A DNA stretch of 64,000 nucleotides from a virus: positions 1-64,000 of the IMG/VR virus record IMGVR_UViG_3300035670_000110. One strand, 5' to 3'. Of this stretch, positions 27,398 to 37,295 are shown piece by piece. The translations under genes were made by a program, and so were the position numbers. Each line of letters begins with the position of its first letter. Positions within the stretch are counted from its first letter, which is position 1. Under the pieces are notes generated by a model. It had not been told where the DNA came from and did not search any database. It saw nothing but the letters and a program-made list of their open reading frames with translations.

Positions 27398-28051
27398 TTA
27401 CCAATCTACTGAGGTTGATGAAGTTGTATCTACGTCGGCACCCATGTAGAATGCCTCTTGATCTGGATAGGTTACACTGCGAACGGCAACCTTTTCTAGT
27501 TCATAAGGCTCAACACCGGACCAGTCATAATTATCTGTATCTGGTGCTAGGGGGATAAGTGTATAACTTGTCTGAGTCCCCGTGCCAGATCTCTTAAGAC
27601 GCCATTGTAGATTTGTTATAGATTGAGTGTCGCCAGCATATTCGATAAGAATGTTCGTGGCTGGTGACTTTTGTCCAACTCCCTGAGACCATACGGCGAC
27701 ATACTGATCTGTTCCGTCATCTACTAGAACATTAGTATAGAAACGCAGGCGGGCCTTCCAGCCAGCCTTGGGGTCCTTTCGATGCATCTCACATCCGAAG
27801 CATCGGCCCTCATCATCAAGGCTGCAAAGACCCTTGCGACGGTAATCCTTTGGATTTGTATGTTCTGCTACGACAATAGCAAGCCCACGACTCTTATCAT
27901 AATGAGGTGAATCGGGATCTAGTTCATTGACAAATCTAATCTTTACGCTCTGACCATCTTCTAACTTAAGCCAGCGAGCGCGGCTGCCCTCCTCAACTTG
28001 GGGGCGCTCCATCTTACTCTTAATATTCTTTAATCCTGTAATAACTGACAT
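27398..28051 (-). CDS. Single-stranded DNA-binding protein (gp32-like)
   Basis: Start MSVITG after AGGAG; WLKLEDGQSVKIRF, Zn ligands H/C/C/C, LKRSGTG.QTSY, acidic tail ending VDW. Confidence 0.75.
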   Translation of the reverse strand: MSVITGLKNIKSKMERPQVEEGSRARWLKLEDGQSVKIRFVNELDPDSPHYDKSRGLAIVVAEHTNPKDYRRKGLCSLDDEGRCFGCEMHRKDPKAGWKARLRFYTNVLVDDGTDQYVAVWSQGVGQKSPATNILIEYAGDTQSITNLQWRLKRSGTGTQTSYTLIPLAPDTDNYDWSGVEPYELEKVAVRSVTYPDQEAFYMGADVDTTSSTSVDW

Positions 28052-28100
28052 TTTATTTCTCCTAAAAGTATTTAACCCTATAGATGGGCCGATTCTTATA

Positions 28101-29048
28101 TTATACAGGTAATGTAAACTTATTTCCAATATCTTTAAATATATCCGATAACTCTTCGTCTGAGTGATCGCCTACATCTTTTCCTCCGGGCAATCTTACT
28201 ACATTTACCACCCTATTATCAATATTATCTTTTATTTTATCTTCTAGTCTTTTCCCGGCATCATCATTGTCGGGACAAATGGTTATACTATTTGCATAAT
28301 TTGATAAAAGTTTTATCTGGTTCCTGCTAATTGTCGCTCCAAGAGTTGCTACAGAATTAATCCCCAACTGCCATAGCCTTATGGCATCAAACGAGGACTC
28401 AACGACGACCAAATCTTTTCTCTTTGAATTATTCAGATTGAAAAGAATATGCTTTTTCGGTAGCCCTGTGCTGTTTTTAAAAACCTTACCTTCTACAGAT
28501 CTTCCTACGAACCCAACACAAATATTGTTTACATCAAAAACAGGCACTGTAACCATGTCCTGATTAATTGAATATCCTAGTAAAAGTTCCTTCTGAGCAT
28601 TATCAAATATGTTTCTGCTATAAAAATATTCTCTTCCCCTGGAACTATTTATAAGATTACTATGAAGGTTATTAATCATCCCCATATCAAACGGTTTAAT
28701 TTCCTTGGGCCTATCAACTATTTCAATGATTTGTTTTTCTATATCAACATCTATTTTATAAGAATTAACCAGCCTTACCGCTTCAAAGTACGTTCTATTG
28801 GTTATCCTCATAACCATATCTATGAGGCTACCCGACTCTCCGCAAGAAAAGCATATAAACATGCCACTGCTTTTATCTATTTCACACGCTGGAGTATTGA
28901 TGTTGTAATGAAAGGGGCAGAATAAAAGAAAATGCGAGTCAATCTCTCCGCCTATTTTTACTGAACAATTATTTAGTACTGAGTATATTTGTCCCTCTGT
29001 GAATTGTCCATTGGAATAAGTCTGGTTCCACTTACTGCTAGATAGCAT
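28101..29048 (-). CDS. DNA primase (CHC2 zinc finger plus TOPRIM)
   Basis: CPFH...CFSC, GFVGRS, VVESSFDA, PDNDDAG, KDVGD. Confidence 0.92.
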   Translation of the reverse strand: MLSSSKWNQTYSNGQFTEGQIYSVLNNCSVKIGGEIDSHFLLFCPFHYNINTPACEIDKSSGMFICFSCGESGSLIDMVMRITNRTYFEAVRLVNSYKIDVDIEKQIIEIVDRPKEIKPFDMGMINNLHSNLINSSRGREYFYSRNIFDNAQKELLLGYSINQDMVTVPVFDVNNICVGFVGRSVEGKVFKNSTGLPKKHILFNLNNSKRKDLVVVESSFDAIRLWQLGINSVATLGATISRNQIKLLSNYANSITICPDNDDAGKRLEDKIKDNIDNRVVNVVRLPGGKDVGDHSDEELSDIFKDIGNKFTLPV

Positions 29049-29287
29049 TTAGCCTTTGCCTTTCCAATAAAAACACCGTATATGGTCAATAAAAATTTAT
29101 ATTTATCGTTATCATATTCTAGACTAAATGCGGGATCTATGTCAAGATGCGGGACGTATCCCTGAGATCTCATAAGGTCTACTAAAATAATTTCATATCT
29201 TTCTCTTACTTTTAAGATTACTGAATCGTCTTCGATGATTCCATCGATATGAAATTCTTTTATTTTTTTATGACCAACATAGTCCAC
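28973..29287 (-). CDS. Conserved actinophage hypothetical protein
   Basis: MRSQGYVPHLDIDP.FS..Y...F.LT.YGVF.GK. Confidence 0.7.
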   Translation of the reverse strand: MDYVGHKKIKEFHIDGIIEDDSVILKVRERYEIILVDLMRSQGYVPHLDIDPAFSLEYDNDKYKFLLTIYGVFIGKAKAKCYLAVSGTRLIPMDNSQRDKYTQY

Positions 29288-29308
29288 ATAGACTATTATA
29301 TAAGTTTA

Positions 29309-30532
29309 TCAGTTAACAATATCTATTATTTCTTTAAATATTCCTTTATCAAAATCTATTTCTAGATAGAAGTCTCCATTATAACCGTTCCTATTTTTCC
29401 TAAAAGCACACTCAAGAACATCTGAGTTTTGCTTCCTACCCATTGCTAAAAGGAAATCTGCGTCATAGGCTATCTGTCTAGACCAGGCGACCTGTCCTAA
29501 CTGCGGAACAGACTCAAGATCTGAAGCATCATCCGGGGTAGCAGAAGCAATAGCAACAATTGGTATTTGCTGAGATATTGCAAGAAGTTTCAATTCTCTA
29601 GATAGGTTTTTAATTTTCACAGTCTCATTAGCAGAAGTTGATGAATTATCTGTCATTAATTGAAGATAGTCTACTATAACTATATCTGGCTTGTACTGAT
29701 CAATTTTGGAGCCTATGAGGTTTGGGGTCATTTCTGAACCAGTGTCATTAGAAATAATCTTGAATGGGGGCCTATTGTCTAGGTTCTTCTCAGCCCATAA
29801 TTTAAATTCTGAATCATTGATTCTTCCTGCACTGAGCGCTCTATGAGAAAAGAATCCATCAGCAATGATGGTAAAGATTCTATTCCTAACCTCGTGCTCT
29901 GTCATCTCTAGACTAATAATCATTGGCTTATGACCGTTTTTCCATGCTTGTACAGCAAAGTATAATGCTAGCCAAGACTTTCCAATGGCTGGATAGGCAA
30001 GAAGAATTCCCAACTGCCCCTTAGAAATACCCATAGGTAGACAAACGTCGAACGCTGCTATTCCAGTTTTAATTCCAACATTACCATTCTCAGCAGCCTT
30101 TCTAGTTTGTTCAAAATAAGATAATGCATTCTCAACATCGGTGACATCTAGATCTCTTACCCTGGCGCCCACCCTAGAAATCTTCGTTATATCGTAATTT
30201 AGATCAGCCAGCGCCTTTGCAGACTCATTATTATTAATAGTCTGGGCGGCTTTTCTTAAAGCATTTCTTAGCGATTCATCTAAAAATGCTTGACGTAGTT
30301 TATTTACATGATAAATTGTTGGGCCTGAATCTACTGGATCAAAATCTTTAAATCTAGTAGAGATTAAATCTGAATCGGGAACCTGATGTGTTTGATCATA
30401 GTAGTCTTTGATAAATCCCCATATATCTGAACAGTCTTTTATTAATTCATCTGCGTTATTATCAAACAGGATGTGAATATCCTTATTCTTACAGACAGAA
30501 GAAATAACCTCTACTTCTTCATTAAATGCCAT
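29309..30532 (-). CDS. dnaB: DnaB-like replicative helicase
   Basis: AYPAIGKS, SLEM, VDYLQLM, SRELKLLA, IAYDAD, KNRNG. Confidence 0.93.
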   Translation of the reverse strand: MAFNEEVEVISSVCKNKDIHILFDNNADELIKDCSDIWGFIKDYYDQTHQVPDSDLISTRFKDFDPVDSGPTIYHVNKLRQAFLDESLRNALRKAAQTINNNESAKALADLNYDITKISRVGARVRDLDVTDVENALSYFEQTRKAAENGNVGIKTGIAAFDVCLPMGISKGQLGILLAYPAIGKSWLALYFAVQAWKNGHKPMIISLEMTEHEVRNRIFTIIADGFFSHRALSAGRINDSEFKLWAEKNLDNRPPFKIISNDTGSEMTPNLIGSKIDQYKPDIVIVDYLQLMTDNSSTSANETVKIKNLSRELKLLAISQQIPIVAIASATPDDASDLESVPQLGQVAWSRQIAYDADFLLAMGRKQNSDVLECAFRKNRNGYNGDFYLEIDFDKGIFKEIIDIVN

Positions 30533-30857
30533 TCAAATACTCCGCTCGCAACTCTTGAGTCCTTCTTCTTTGCTCTTCTCTAATCTTAGCATCCTTCTCT
30601 GAGTCTAGTCTAGAAGAATGCAGTGATGAGTAATTGTTGAAAAACCAGTTAAGGGGGTGACCATCTTTAGTTAATCTAAAATAGTATTGAAGGGTTTTAT
30701 TTACCTCTTCTTGTCCAAAATCTTCCACCAGGGAAATCATCGCCCACTTTTCTTTATATTTATTAATAAGAGGGGGAATTCCATATCTTTGCTTATATAG
30801 GCAGATATAGTCTGATATAAGTGTATATGCTGCAGTTTCTGCCTTACTTTTTGCCAC
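30522..30857 (-). CDS. Hypothetical replication-associated protein
   Basis: Directly upstream of the helicase. Confidence 0.65.
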   Translation of the reverse strand: MAKSKAETAAYTLISDYICLYKQRYGIPPLINKYKEKWAMISLVEDFGQEEVNKTLQYYFRLTKDGHPLNWFFNNYSSLHSSRLDSEKDAKIREEQRRRTQELRAEYLNGI

Positions 30858-31050
30858 TTACATCTTCCTCAATAGCCTGGACCTTTTCAATTAGTTTATT
30901 CTCCACAAACTCATAAACCCTATCCATTGCCTGGGATACACTCTCATCCTTACGAACATAATCTTCAACGCCCAAGTCAACGTGGATCGATTCATAATTA
31001 CCGATGTTTCTTACGAATTTTAACCCGACCTTCACTCTGGTCAGGTTCAT
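30844..31050 (-). CDS. Conserved phage hypothetical protein
   Basis: RNIGNYESIHVD motif. Confidence 0.7.
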   Translation of the reverse strand: MNLTRVKVGLKFVRNIGNYESIHVDLGVEDYVRKDESVSQAMDRVYEFVENKLIEKVQAIEEDVSGKK

Positions 31051-31318
31051 CTCCTGGCTCATCTAATACCTCCAATGCTGAAAATCCAAATTGTGATGGC
31101 TTTTTCTCTTCCTCTTCTTCTTCTCCAGATAGAAATCTGGCTAAATCATACCACGCATCAGCAACTTTAAGCAAAAGTTCTGCATCTCCCTTTTCTTTTG
31201 CTATATCGCCAGCACGCAAAAGATTTATTGATGATGCCAAAAGAGCACTTTCACTGCAAATAACCTCACCAATAAAATCAATTAACTCGTCTTCTTCAGT
31301 TTTCTTTTTCTTTGGCAT
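30998..31318 (-). CDS. Hypothetical protein
   Basis: ORF in a packed operon; probable start MPKKKK. Confidence 0.6.
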   Translation of the reverse strand: MPKKKKTEEDELIDFIGEVICSESALLASSINLLRAGDIAKEKGDAELLLKVADAWYDLARFLSGEEEEEEKKPSQFGFSALEVLDEPGDEPDQSEGRVKIRKKHR

Positions 31319-31854
31319 TAGAAATCTATTGTCCTCCAAACGGGAATAAATTCGCCCTTTTCATTTTGCACATAGAGTACGTCTCTTCTTCCAAGTTTAG
31401 CGTCAACTTCTTCTTTTGTCACGGTTCTTTTTTTTAAAGGAGTTATTGACCCGTCTTTTCTTGGTCTACCGTAATGTACATTGGCAAAATAATCCTGTAT
31501 GTCTAATATATCATCTTCATTAAAATAAAATTTTCCATTAGGCCCAGATCTTTGTGGATTTTTTAAATTTCCCTCATTAATTGCAATCCTTATTCTTTCT
31601 GGATGCCTGTTGACCATTTTTGCAACCTCGTTTATAAGATATGCTTTTTGAAAATGTTTTTTCATTGATTTATAAGGATATCTTATAATTTTATCTTGAA
31701 TATAGTTAAAGGTAGTGCAAACGTCAGCCGGTTTATTTATATGAACAATATGATGGAGTTCTCCGTTTATGAAAACTTTTCTCCTTGCCCTTGGAGTTTT
31801 TAGAACCCCATATCTTTCCCTGTAAGATAAAGGGTCTCCGTTTTCATTATCCAT
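31318..31854 (-). CDS. MerR-like HTH DNA-binding protein
   Basis: INEVAKMVNRHPERIR...FYFNEDDI, GRPRKDG. Confidence 0.65.
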   Translation of the reverse strand: MDNENGDPLSYRERYGVLKTPRARRKVFINGELHHIVHINKPADVCTTFNYIQDKIIRYPYKSMKKHFQKAYLINEVAKMVNRHPERIRIAINEGNLKNPQRSGPNGKFYFNEDDILDIQDYFANVHYGRPRKDGSITPLKKRTVTKEEVDAKLGRRDVLYVQNEKGEFIPVWRTIDF

Positions 31855-31991
31855 CTTCCAAATCCTCCAAATTTTTCAGGATATCTTAATGGCCATCTTT
31901 TACCACATCTTAAGCAGTATAATTCTATATGAACATCTGAATTTAATGTTCTATCAACCATCACCTTGCCGCGACATTTTTTACAGTGCAT
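31800..31991 (-). CDS. Zinc-ribbon protein
   Basis: CKKCRG...CLRCG. Confidence 0.7.
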   Translation of the reverse strand: MHCKKCRGKVMVDRTLNSDVHIELYCLRCGKRWPLRYPEKFGGFGRWIMKTETLYLTGKDMGF

Positions 31992-32746
31992 TATGCTGTA
32001 AAAACCTTCCCATCAACCACACAAGTGTAGTCGTGGATTTGAATAAGTTGAATATGTGGATAGTCATCTACAACATGGGCAACAGCAAATCCCGCTTGCC
32101 AATTCTTTTGTATAGAGTAATCCATCTTAGACTCATCGCAAAGATGGCCTATCTCATACCCCCTTAGTTCTTGTCCGGTTAAATTATAAGTCTGAAAATA
32201 TGCGCCCATTCTATGTGAATGTCCTCTGACCAAAGAAACACCCCAATTATTCACATCATTTCGGACTGATTCTCCTGAATGCTTAGAGATGGACTCTCCA
32301 TGATGACCATACATGTCTCCAAATCTTTTTATAGGGGGTTCCTGATAAAGATGCCACTCAAAGCCCGAATTAGAATATTCGTACAGTGTGTCTGCCGTCA
32401 CTAGTTCAAGGAACTGTGGTGCCTTTTTAGCAAGGTATTCGCCGTGTCTAGTCCAACCGTGATTCCCATCATGAAAATGACAATCAGCGTTAGGTACGAT
32501 CTTCCTAATATCTCTAAGGAACTGTCTTGTTTCACGCACGCCTCCATCTTCTAATGAAATTGACATTTCTAAAGGTTTATCTGCCGCCCACCTACTAGTA
32601 GAATCTGCATCATCAATGTCCCCAAGCAAATCTACTGCGTCAGGCTTAAACCACTTCATTACTTTAAAAAATAAATCTAACTTTCTTGGATCATGTCTAG
32701 GAAAATGCACATCAGAGCACATCATCCATTTAAGATCGTTTGTCAT
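31991..32746 (-). CDS. Calcineurin-like metallophosphoesterase
   Basis: SDVH, GDIDD, GNHG, HHG, GHSH. Confidence 0.9.
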   Translation of the reverse strand: MTNDLKWMMCSDVHFPRHDPRKLDLFFKVMKWFKPDAVDLLGDIDDADSTSRWAADKPLEMSISLEDGGVRETRQFLRDIRKIVPNADCHFHDGNHGWTRHGEYLAKKAPQFLELVTADTLYEYSNSGFEWHLYQEPPIKRFGDMYGHHGESISKHSGESVRNDVNNWGVSLVRGHSHRMGAYFQTYNLTGQELRGYEIGHLCDESKMDYSIQKNWQAGFAVAHVVDDYPHIQLIQIHDYTCVVDGKVFTA

Positions 32747-33191
32747 TTTTAGCCTTTCTACGGCATTGTTTTGAACAAAAATCCCATAGATGAGATTTTG
32801 TTACTGGAACAGTATAAATATTACCACACCCGTCGCATATTTTGTCAACCCTTAAGGATTTACAGGTTGAATTACATTTTACTCTTTTTTTAATGATTGA
32901 TGGAGACCCATAAAAATTTTTTTTGCAATACTTGCATGTTTTTTTTATCCAATTTGGATGAAGTTTATACATAGAAACATTTTTCATCCCATGCGCTTTA
33001 TCATGCTCGCGCCTTGAGCAAATAAATAAATTTTCTATTCTATTATCACTTTTTATTTCATTAATATGATGAACAGTTTCCCAGTTATGTAATAACCTTC
33101 CAATATAGTTCTCCATAATTAAAATGTGTTCGTAATACATTCCATTTATTGCTTTTGGGTGACTGGATTCTATTAATTTGTATCTAGCCAT
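32730..33191 (-). CDS. HNH homing-type endonuclease with zinc fingers
   Basis: YEHILIME..IGR.L...E.VHHIN..KSDNRIENL...EH...H plus CxxC repeats. Confidence 0.85.
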   Translation of the reverse strand: MARYKLIESSHPKAINGMYYEHILIMENYIGRLLHNWETVHHINEIKSDNRIENLFICSRREHDKAHGMKNVSMYKLHPNWIKKTCKYCKKNFYGSPSIIKKRVKCNSTCKSLRVDKICDGCGNIYTVPVTKSHLWDFCSKQCRRKAKNDKRS

Positions 33192-33196
33192 AATTA

Positions 33197-33646
33197 CTAA
33201 CTAGATTGTGGTCCAATCGCAATATAATGTAAACTAATGGCTGTTGGTCTTTCTACAGATCTTAAAAGATCTATTTTAACCGTCATGCCTGTTTTTGTTA
33301 AGTTTGTTACAGAAACATTGGCGAACTGAATACCTTGACCGGATTTTTCATTTGTTCTTTGATCGACAAGAGTTACACAAACATATGGTGCTATATCAAA
33401 CCCTACATTATTTGGGAAAACAATAGGATCAACCGTAGCGCTATTTGTTTTAACATCGACCCGGACAGAGCCTACGGCTATAACAACCTTATCGTCTTCC
33501 TTACGGCCAATATTATTTCCAAACACCTGAACAATCTGCTTTATCTCATCAGTATAGATGCTGGATGTCGCACGGTTTACTTCACTTATTATTTGATTAA
33601 GAAGGTCATATGTTATTGGCTGACCATCGCTAATAGGACTAATCAT
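33197..33646 (-). CDS. Small tail/fibre protein with H-type-lectin/gp53-like C-terminus
   Basis: DGQPITYDLLN N-terminus; F...P.V.VT...HYIAIG ending. Confidence 0.55.
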   Translation of the reverse strand: MISPISDGQPITYDLLNQIISEVNRATSSIYTDEIKQIVQVFGNNIGRKEDDKVVIAVGSVRVDVKTNSATVDPIVFPNNVGFDIAPYVCVTLVDQRTNEKSGQGIQFANVSVTNLTKTGMTVKIDLLRSVERPTAISLHYIAIGPQSS

Positions 33647-33803
33647 CCAACTTGGCCTCTAGTTCAATAATTTTCTTGTCTCTAGCCTGGATTTGCTCAG
33701 TCGCCTGAGCCTTTAAAACGGCCAACTTTGTTTCATAGTCGCTGGTCATCTGACCAATTCTCTGCTGAAGTTCTTGTACTACTAGTTCCAATGTGTTTGA
33801 CAT
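33639..33803 (-). CDS. Small coiled-coil protein (54 aa)
   Basis: Manual ORF MSNTLELVVQELQQRIGQMTSDYETKLAVLKAQA...; GGAGG RBS. Confidence 0.7.
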   Translation of the reverse strand: MSNTLELVVQELQQRIGQMTSDYETKLAVLKAQATEQIQARDKKIIELEAKLDD

Positions 33804-35420
33804 TTATCCTCCTAATTGAGATTCCAATTGTAGCACGCGATTCTTTAGGTCGTCAATACTTTCTTGCTGTTCCTTTACTACCGCTAGCAGAGCAGGAATA
33901 ATCATTTTTGAATGATATGATGGAATATCTCCCGAAATAGATGCTATAGGCATAACTTCAGCAATTTGTTCTGCTATGAATCCAAGTTCTGTTCCTCCAT
34001 CGATCCAATCAAATTGGACGGGAGTTAAGTTTAACACATCCTTATAATTAAAATCTATAGATTCTCTACTACCAATTTTATCTTCTGGAATATTTAATGT
34101 GTCTAATTCGATAAGAGGAATAATATTTTCTTTTACCGCAAGAGAAGACGCTACATATCCTATTTTTCCAGTAGAATCTATCTGTAAATCTCTAGCAGAT
34201 GTTACAGTGGTATTATATGCATCTGGAAATACTACAGATCCAGTTCCCGCAAAACTATGGATGCTGGCACTTTTTGCCTTCATAAAGCCGTTATTATTTA
34301 GCCAGAATACTGAGTCTGATGCATTTGCAAATCCAAACCAAAGTCTTCCCTGACTAAAAGGTAGGGCGGCTAAATACATGGGCGCACCATCTCCTGGATA
34401 TAACTGTATTACTCCGTCATTTCTTAAAATTATCCTATCAGATGGGGCAATTATTGCTGGGGTGCCAAAATAATCTCCAATTTTAAACCCAGCGATTGTT
34501 CCAGCACTGGCGGTAATCACGCCAGTAAATGATCCAGAGGTGGCAGTTATCTGTCCAGTAAATGAACCAAATCCTCCATTAATAAAAGTGCTACTTATAC
34601 TGCTACTATTAAGGTTCGTGCCAAAAATCTCTCCACCAGTAATATATCCACCTACAATTAAGCCACCATAAATATTTCCGGCATAAATATCGACGCTATC
34701 TATTGTTCCACCCTTAATATAACCCCCACCTATATAACCTCCAGAAACACTGGCACCGTATAAATTTCCAACAAATGATCCAGATGTTGCATTAATATTT
34801 CCCGTGAATGATAAATTTCCAGAAACTGTATCTAAGTTAAAATTATTTAATCCGGCTACCGAATTAATTCCTGATGCAGATAAAATCAAGTATCCATTAG
34901 TATTAGATGCTGTTAAAGAGCCTCCTAGTGCTAGGTCGCCTAAAATATTGCCAGACGTTGCTTGAATTTCCCCCCGCACAGCAACATTAGAAAATATTGC
35001 ATTTCCCTGGCCGCTTAAAAACCATCCAGTATTTCCTATATATTTATCTTCCCAACTTTCATATATAACTGGAAAAAATGATGATGCGCCGAGAACTACA
35101 ACTTGAGATTGACCAATTTCATCTAAATACTCTATTACCGTTGTGCCAATGGCAGACCCAGTAAAAATATCTCCTTCATTCCCCACGGCTACAACGGAAT
35201 AATAAGTTTGAGCATCTGTAGACCCAGTAAAAGAAATTTTCATTCCTGGAGTTATTGAAGATGCAGAAATATTATTTAAAACTGATGGAATAACTCCGTC
35301 AAAATTATAGGATGAAATGTCTGGATTTTTTATTCTGAATGCCCCGTTTGAATCTAAATATCCTGTTAAATTAATAAGAGAGGAGTTACTTTCTTCGGAG
35401 CCAAAATTATTTGTCGCCAT
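33804..35420 (-). CDS. Tail fibre/spike protein with C-terminal intramolecular chaperone (peptidase S74-like)
   Basis: G.A.FSNV.VRG.I, Gly-rich ATSGSF.G repeats, SSLAVKENI...L.PV.F.W....GFIAEQ, terminal coiled coil. Confidence 0.8.
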   Translation of the reverse strand: MATNNFGSEESNSSLINLTGYLDSNGAFRIKNPDISSYNFDGVIPSVLNNISASSITPGMKISFTGSTDAQTYYSVVAVGNEGDIFTGSAIGTTVIEYLDEIGQSQVVVLGASSFFPVIYESWEDKYIGNTGWFLSGQGNAIFSNVAVRGEIQATSGNILGDLALGGSLTASNTNGYLILSASGINSVAGLNNFNLDTVSGNLSFTGNINATSGSFVGNLYGASVSGGYIGGGYIKGGTIDSVDIYAGNIYGGLIVGGYITGGEIFGTNLNSSSISSTFINGGFGSFTGQITATSGSFTGVITASAGTIAGFKIGDYFGTPAIIAPSDRIILRNDGVIQLYPGDGAPMYLAALPFSQGRLWFGFANASDSVFWLNNNGFMKAKSASIHSFAGTGSVVFPDAYNTTVTSARDLQIDSTGKIGYVASSLAVKENIIPLIELDTLNIPEDKIGSRESIDFNYKDVLNLTPVQFDWIDGGTELGFIAEQIAEVMPIASISGDIPSYHSKMIIPALLAVVKEQQESIDDLKNRVLQLESQLGG

Positions 35421-36345
35421 TAAGGGTTGCCCTCCCCCAAATGACTTTTTCGCTTTTATTTATTTGCAACCATTCGCCCCTCCACTTACCATCTCTTAAA
35501 TAATATCTTGCTATTGCAACATAAAATAAAAAGTTTGGCTTAGAATCTATATAAAAATTGTTGGTAAATGAAGGTCCATTAGCATATTGTAATAAATTTG
35601 TCGAATAGGCCGGTGGAGTTTTTTCATCGACTATTGTTAAATTTTTATTTCCATTTAACATTAAATATTTTGGAATCTTAGCGGTATTTTCTTTATCATA
35701 ATTTTTAAATGCATAAATTGGAATATCTCTTACGGCTTTAACGGGGGTTCCTGTTACTGGACTTTTTACATTAATTAAATTATCAAACACTTTATCTTTT
35801 GATATTTTAACAGTGAATGAAGATAAAATTCTTTTTGGCTGTACCTCTCTCACAAAAGAATTTTCTGGGTCAACTGAGCCGCTATCTGCACCTAATGCTC
35901 TAAAGTTAGGAACTTCTATATCTAGCACCCAAGTTTTTCCTGTCTGAGATAATCCCGATTGTAAGATTGTATATTCTCTTCCAATCTCAGTACCTTTTAA
36001 ATTATCTAACAAACTGCTAGAAGAAAAAATTCTTACTTTATCTCCCTTTTTTAAATCTTTTCTATCCTTGGCATCTTTTAATAAAATTCTTAATTTATAA
36101 TATCCAACCCTGTTATGAGGCTGTTTAGAAAACTTACTAAACTTAAATTCTCCCCCCACTCCGCCATATTCATCAAAGGGCCTTCCTACAGTTAATTCTA
36201 TTTCTTCTTTGCTCATTAATGGGCACGCGGGAGGCACTTTAATCTGAAAACTTTGAGAGACGGCAACCTCCTCATAGGCTTCTCCCTCAATGGCGAATCT
36301 TAAATTATTATTAGGCCATAAGGTGTTAATGGTTAATTTAGTCAT
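35407..36345 (-). CDS. Minor tail-region protein
   Basis: Position in the tail operon. Confidence 0.55.
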   Translation of the reverse strand: MTKLTINTLWPNNNLRFAIEGEAYEEVAVSQSFQIKVPPACPLMSKEEIELTVGRPFDEYGGVGGEFKFSKFSKQPHNRVGYYKLRILLKDAKDRKDLKKGDKVRIFSSSSLLDNLKGTEIGREYTILQSGLSQTGKTWVLDIEVPNFRALGADSGSVDPENSFVREVQPKRILSSFTVKISKDKVFDNLINVKSPVTGTPVKAVRDIPIYAFKNYDKENTAKIPKYLMLNGNKNLTIVDEKTPPAYSTNLLQYANGPSFTNNFYIDSKPNFLFYVAIARYYLRDGKWRGEWLQINKSEKVIWGRATLNGDK

Positions 36346-37295
36346 GACACTCCGTAGTTAAATCCTAAAGATAAAGAATATTCTATCGTTAAAGGGATGG
36401 ACGCTGGCTTTCTGATAGGAGTCGGCAGGACTGCTCTAGATATTAGGCCATAGTTTGTATCTATAAAATAATTTCCTATATCAATTCTCATTGCATCTAA
36501 TAATACCGGCTCCGAAGAATCGTGCCAAATTCTTACAAAATTAATGTCTGACCATTCGGGAAGTCCTGTAACTGTAGCAGCACCCTTTTCTGTGGAAGAA
36601 ATAAAATATCCAGATGCAGCAGGGGTAGTAAAAGCAATGTCATAATAACTATTTTCATCTTTCATAAATCTAAAAAATACATTAGATGAAGCCGTTGATT
36701 GATTATATCCAGAAAGTATAAAATTATCCTGTGAGGTAAATGTTTCAATATACTGAAAGGCGCCGTCGGTTGACGAATACTGTAAATAATTATTTGCACT
36801 TGATGTTGGAGGTATATTAAATAATTGAGTTCCTATTCTGGCAAACTCTGTACTAATAAGTTCTGCTGCTGATGCTGATCCAAACTTAAGAAATAGGTCA
36901 ACCCGGTCAAAGTCGAACAGCAATGATCCATTAAGACCGATCGTAGCATCTGATATTCTAGATGGATAAAGACCTACCTCTCTAATTTCTGATTGAAATG
37001 GGTCATCAATTACTCCAGAATAAATCAATATATCATTATTATTTTCAAGATTTAAAGTTCCGCCGCGCACAACAGTTCTCCCTGATTCAAACTGCAGAGA
37101 GTTATTGGTAATCAGGGAGGTGGAGGCGGATAATGTATTTGGCTCATTACCTATTCCATAGGCTATACTGTTAGCAAAGTTAGGTATTATTCCAAGCAAA
37201 GATTTAATAATAATGGAGCGTCCTGCGGTGGTAAGGGCATTCTGCTGCTCATAGATTAATTCATTGTCTAAATAAAATCTATAGATTCCTTTCAC
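36342..37295 (-). CDS. Minor tail protein
   Basis: N.LTTAGR..I, IAYGIG, L.FE, IREVGLYP, IEYSL motifs. Confidence 0.7.
   Translation of the reverse strand: MKGIYRFYLDNELIYEQQNALTTAGRSIIIKSLLGIIPNFANSIAYGIGNEPNTLSASTSLITNNSLQFESGRTVVRGGTLNLENNNDILIYSGVIDDPFQSEIREVGLYPSRISDATIGLNGSLLFDFDRVDLFLKFGSASAAELISTEFARIGTQLFNIPPTSSANNYLQYSSTDGAFQYIETFTSQDNFILSGYNQSTASSNVFFRFMKDENSYYDIAFTTPAASGYFISSTEKGAATVTGLPEWSDINFVRIWHDSSEPVLLDAMRIDIGNYFIDTNYGLISRAVLPTPIRKPASIPLTIEYSLSLGFNYGVS

Noticed and set aside
16877-30532. Inteins or introns in terL, recA, dnaE or dnaB
   Set aside because: Lengths are ordinary, conserved motifs are contiguous, and no Hint or LAGLIDADG motifs were seen
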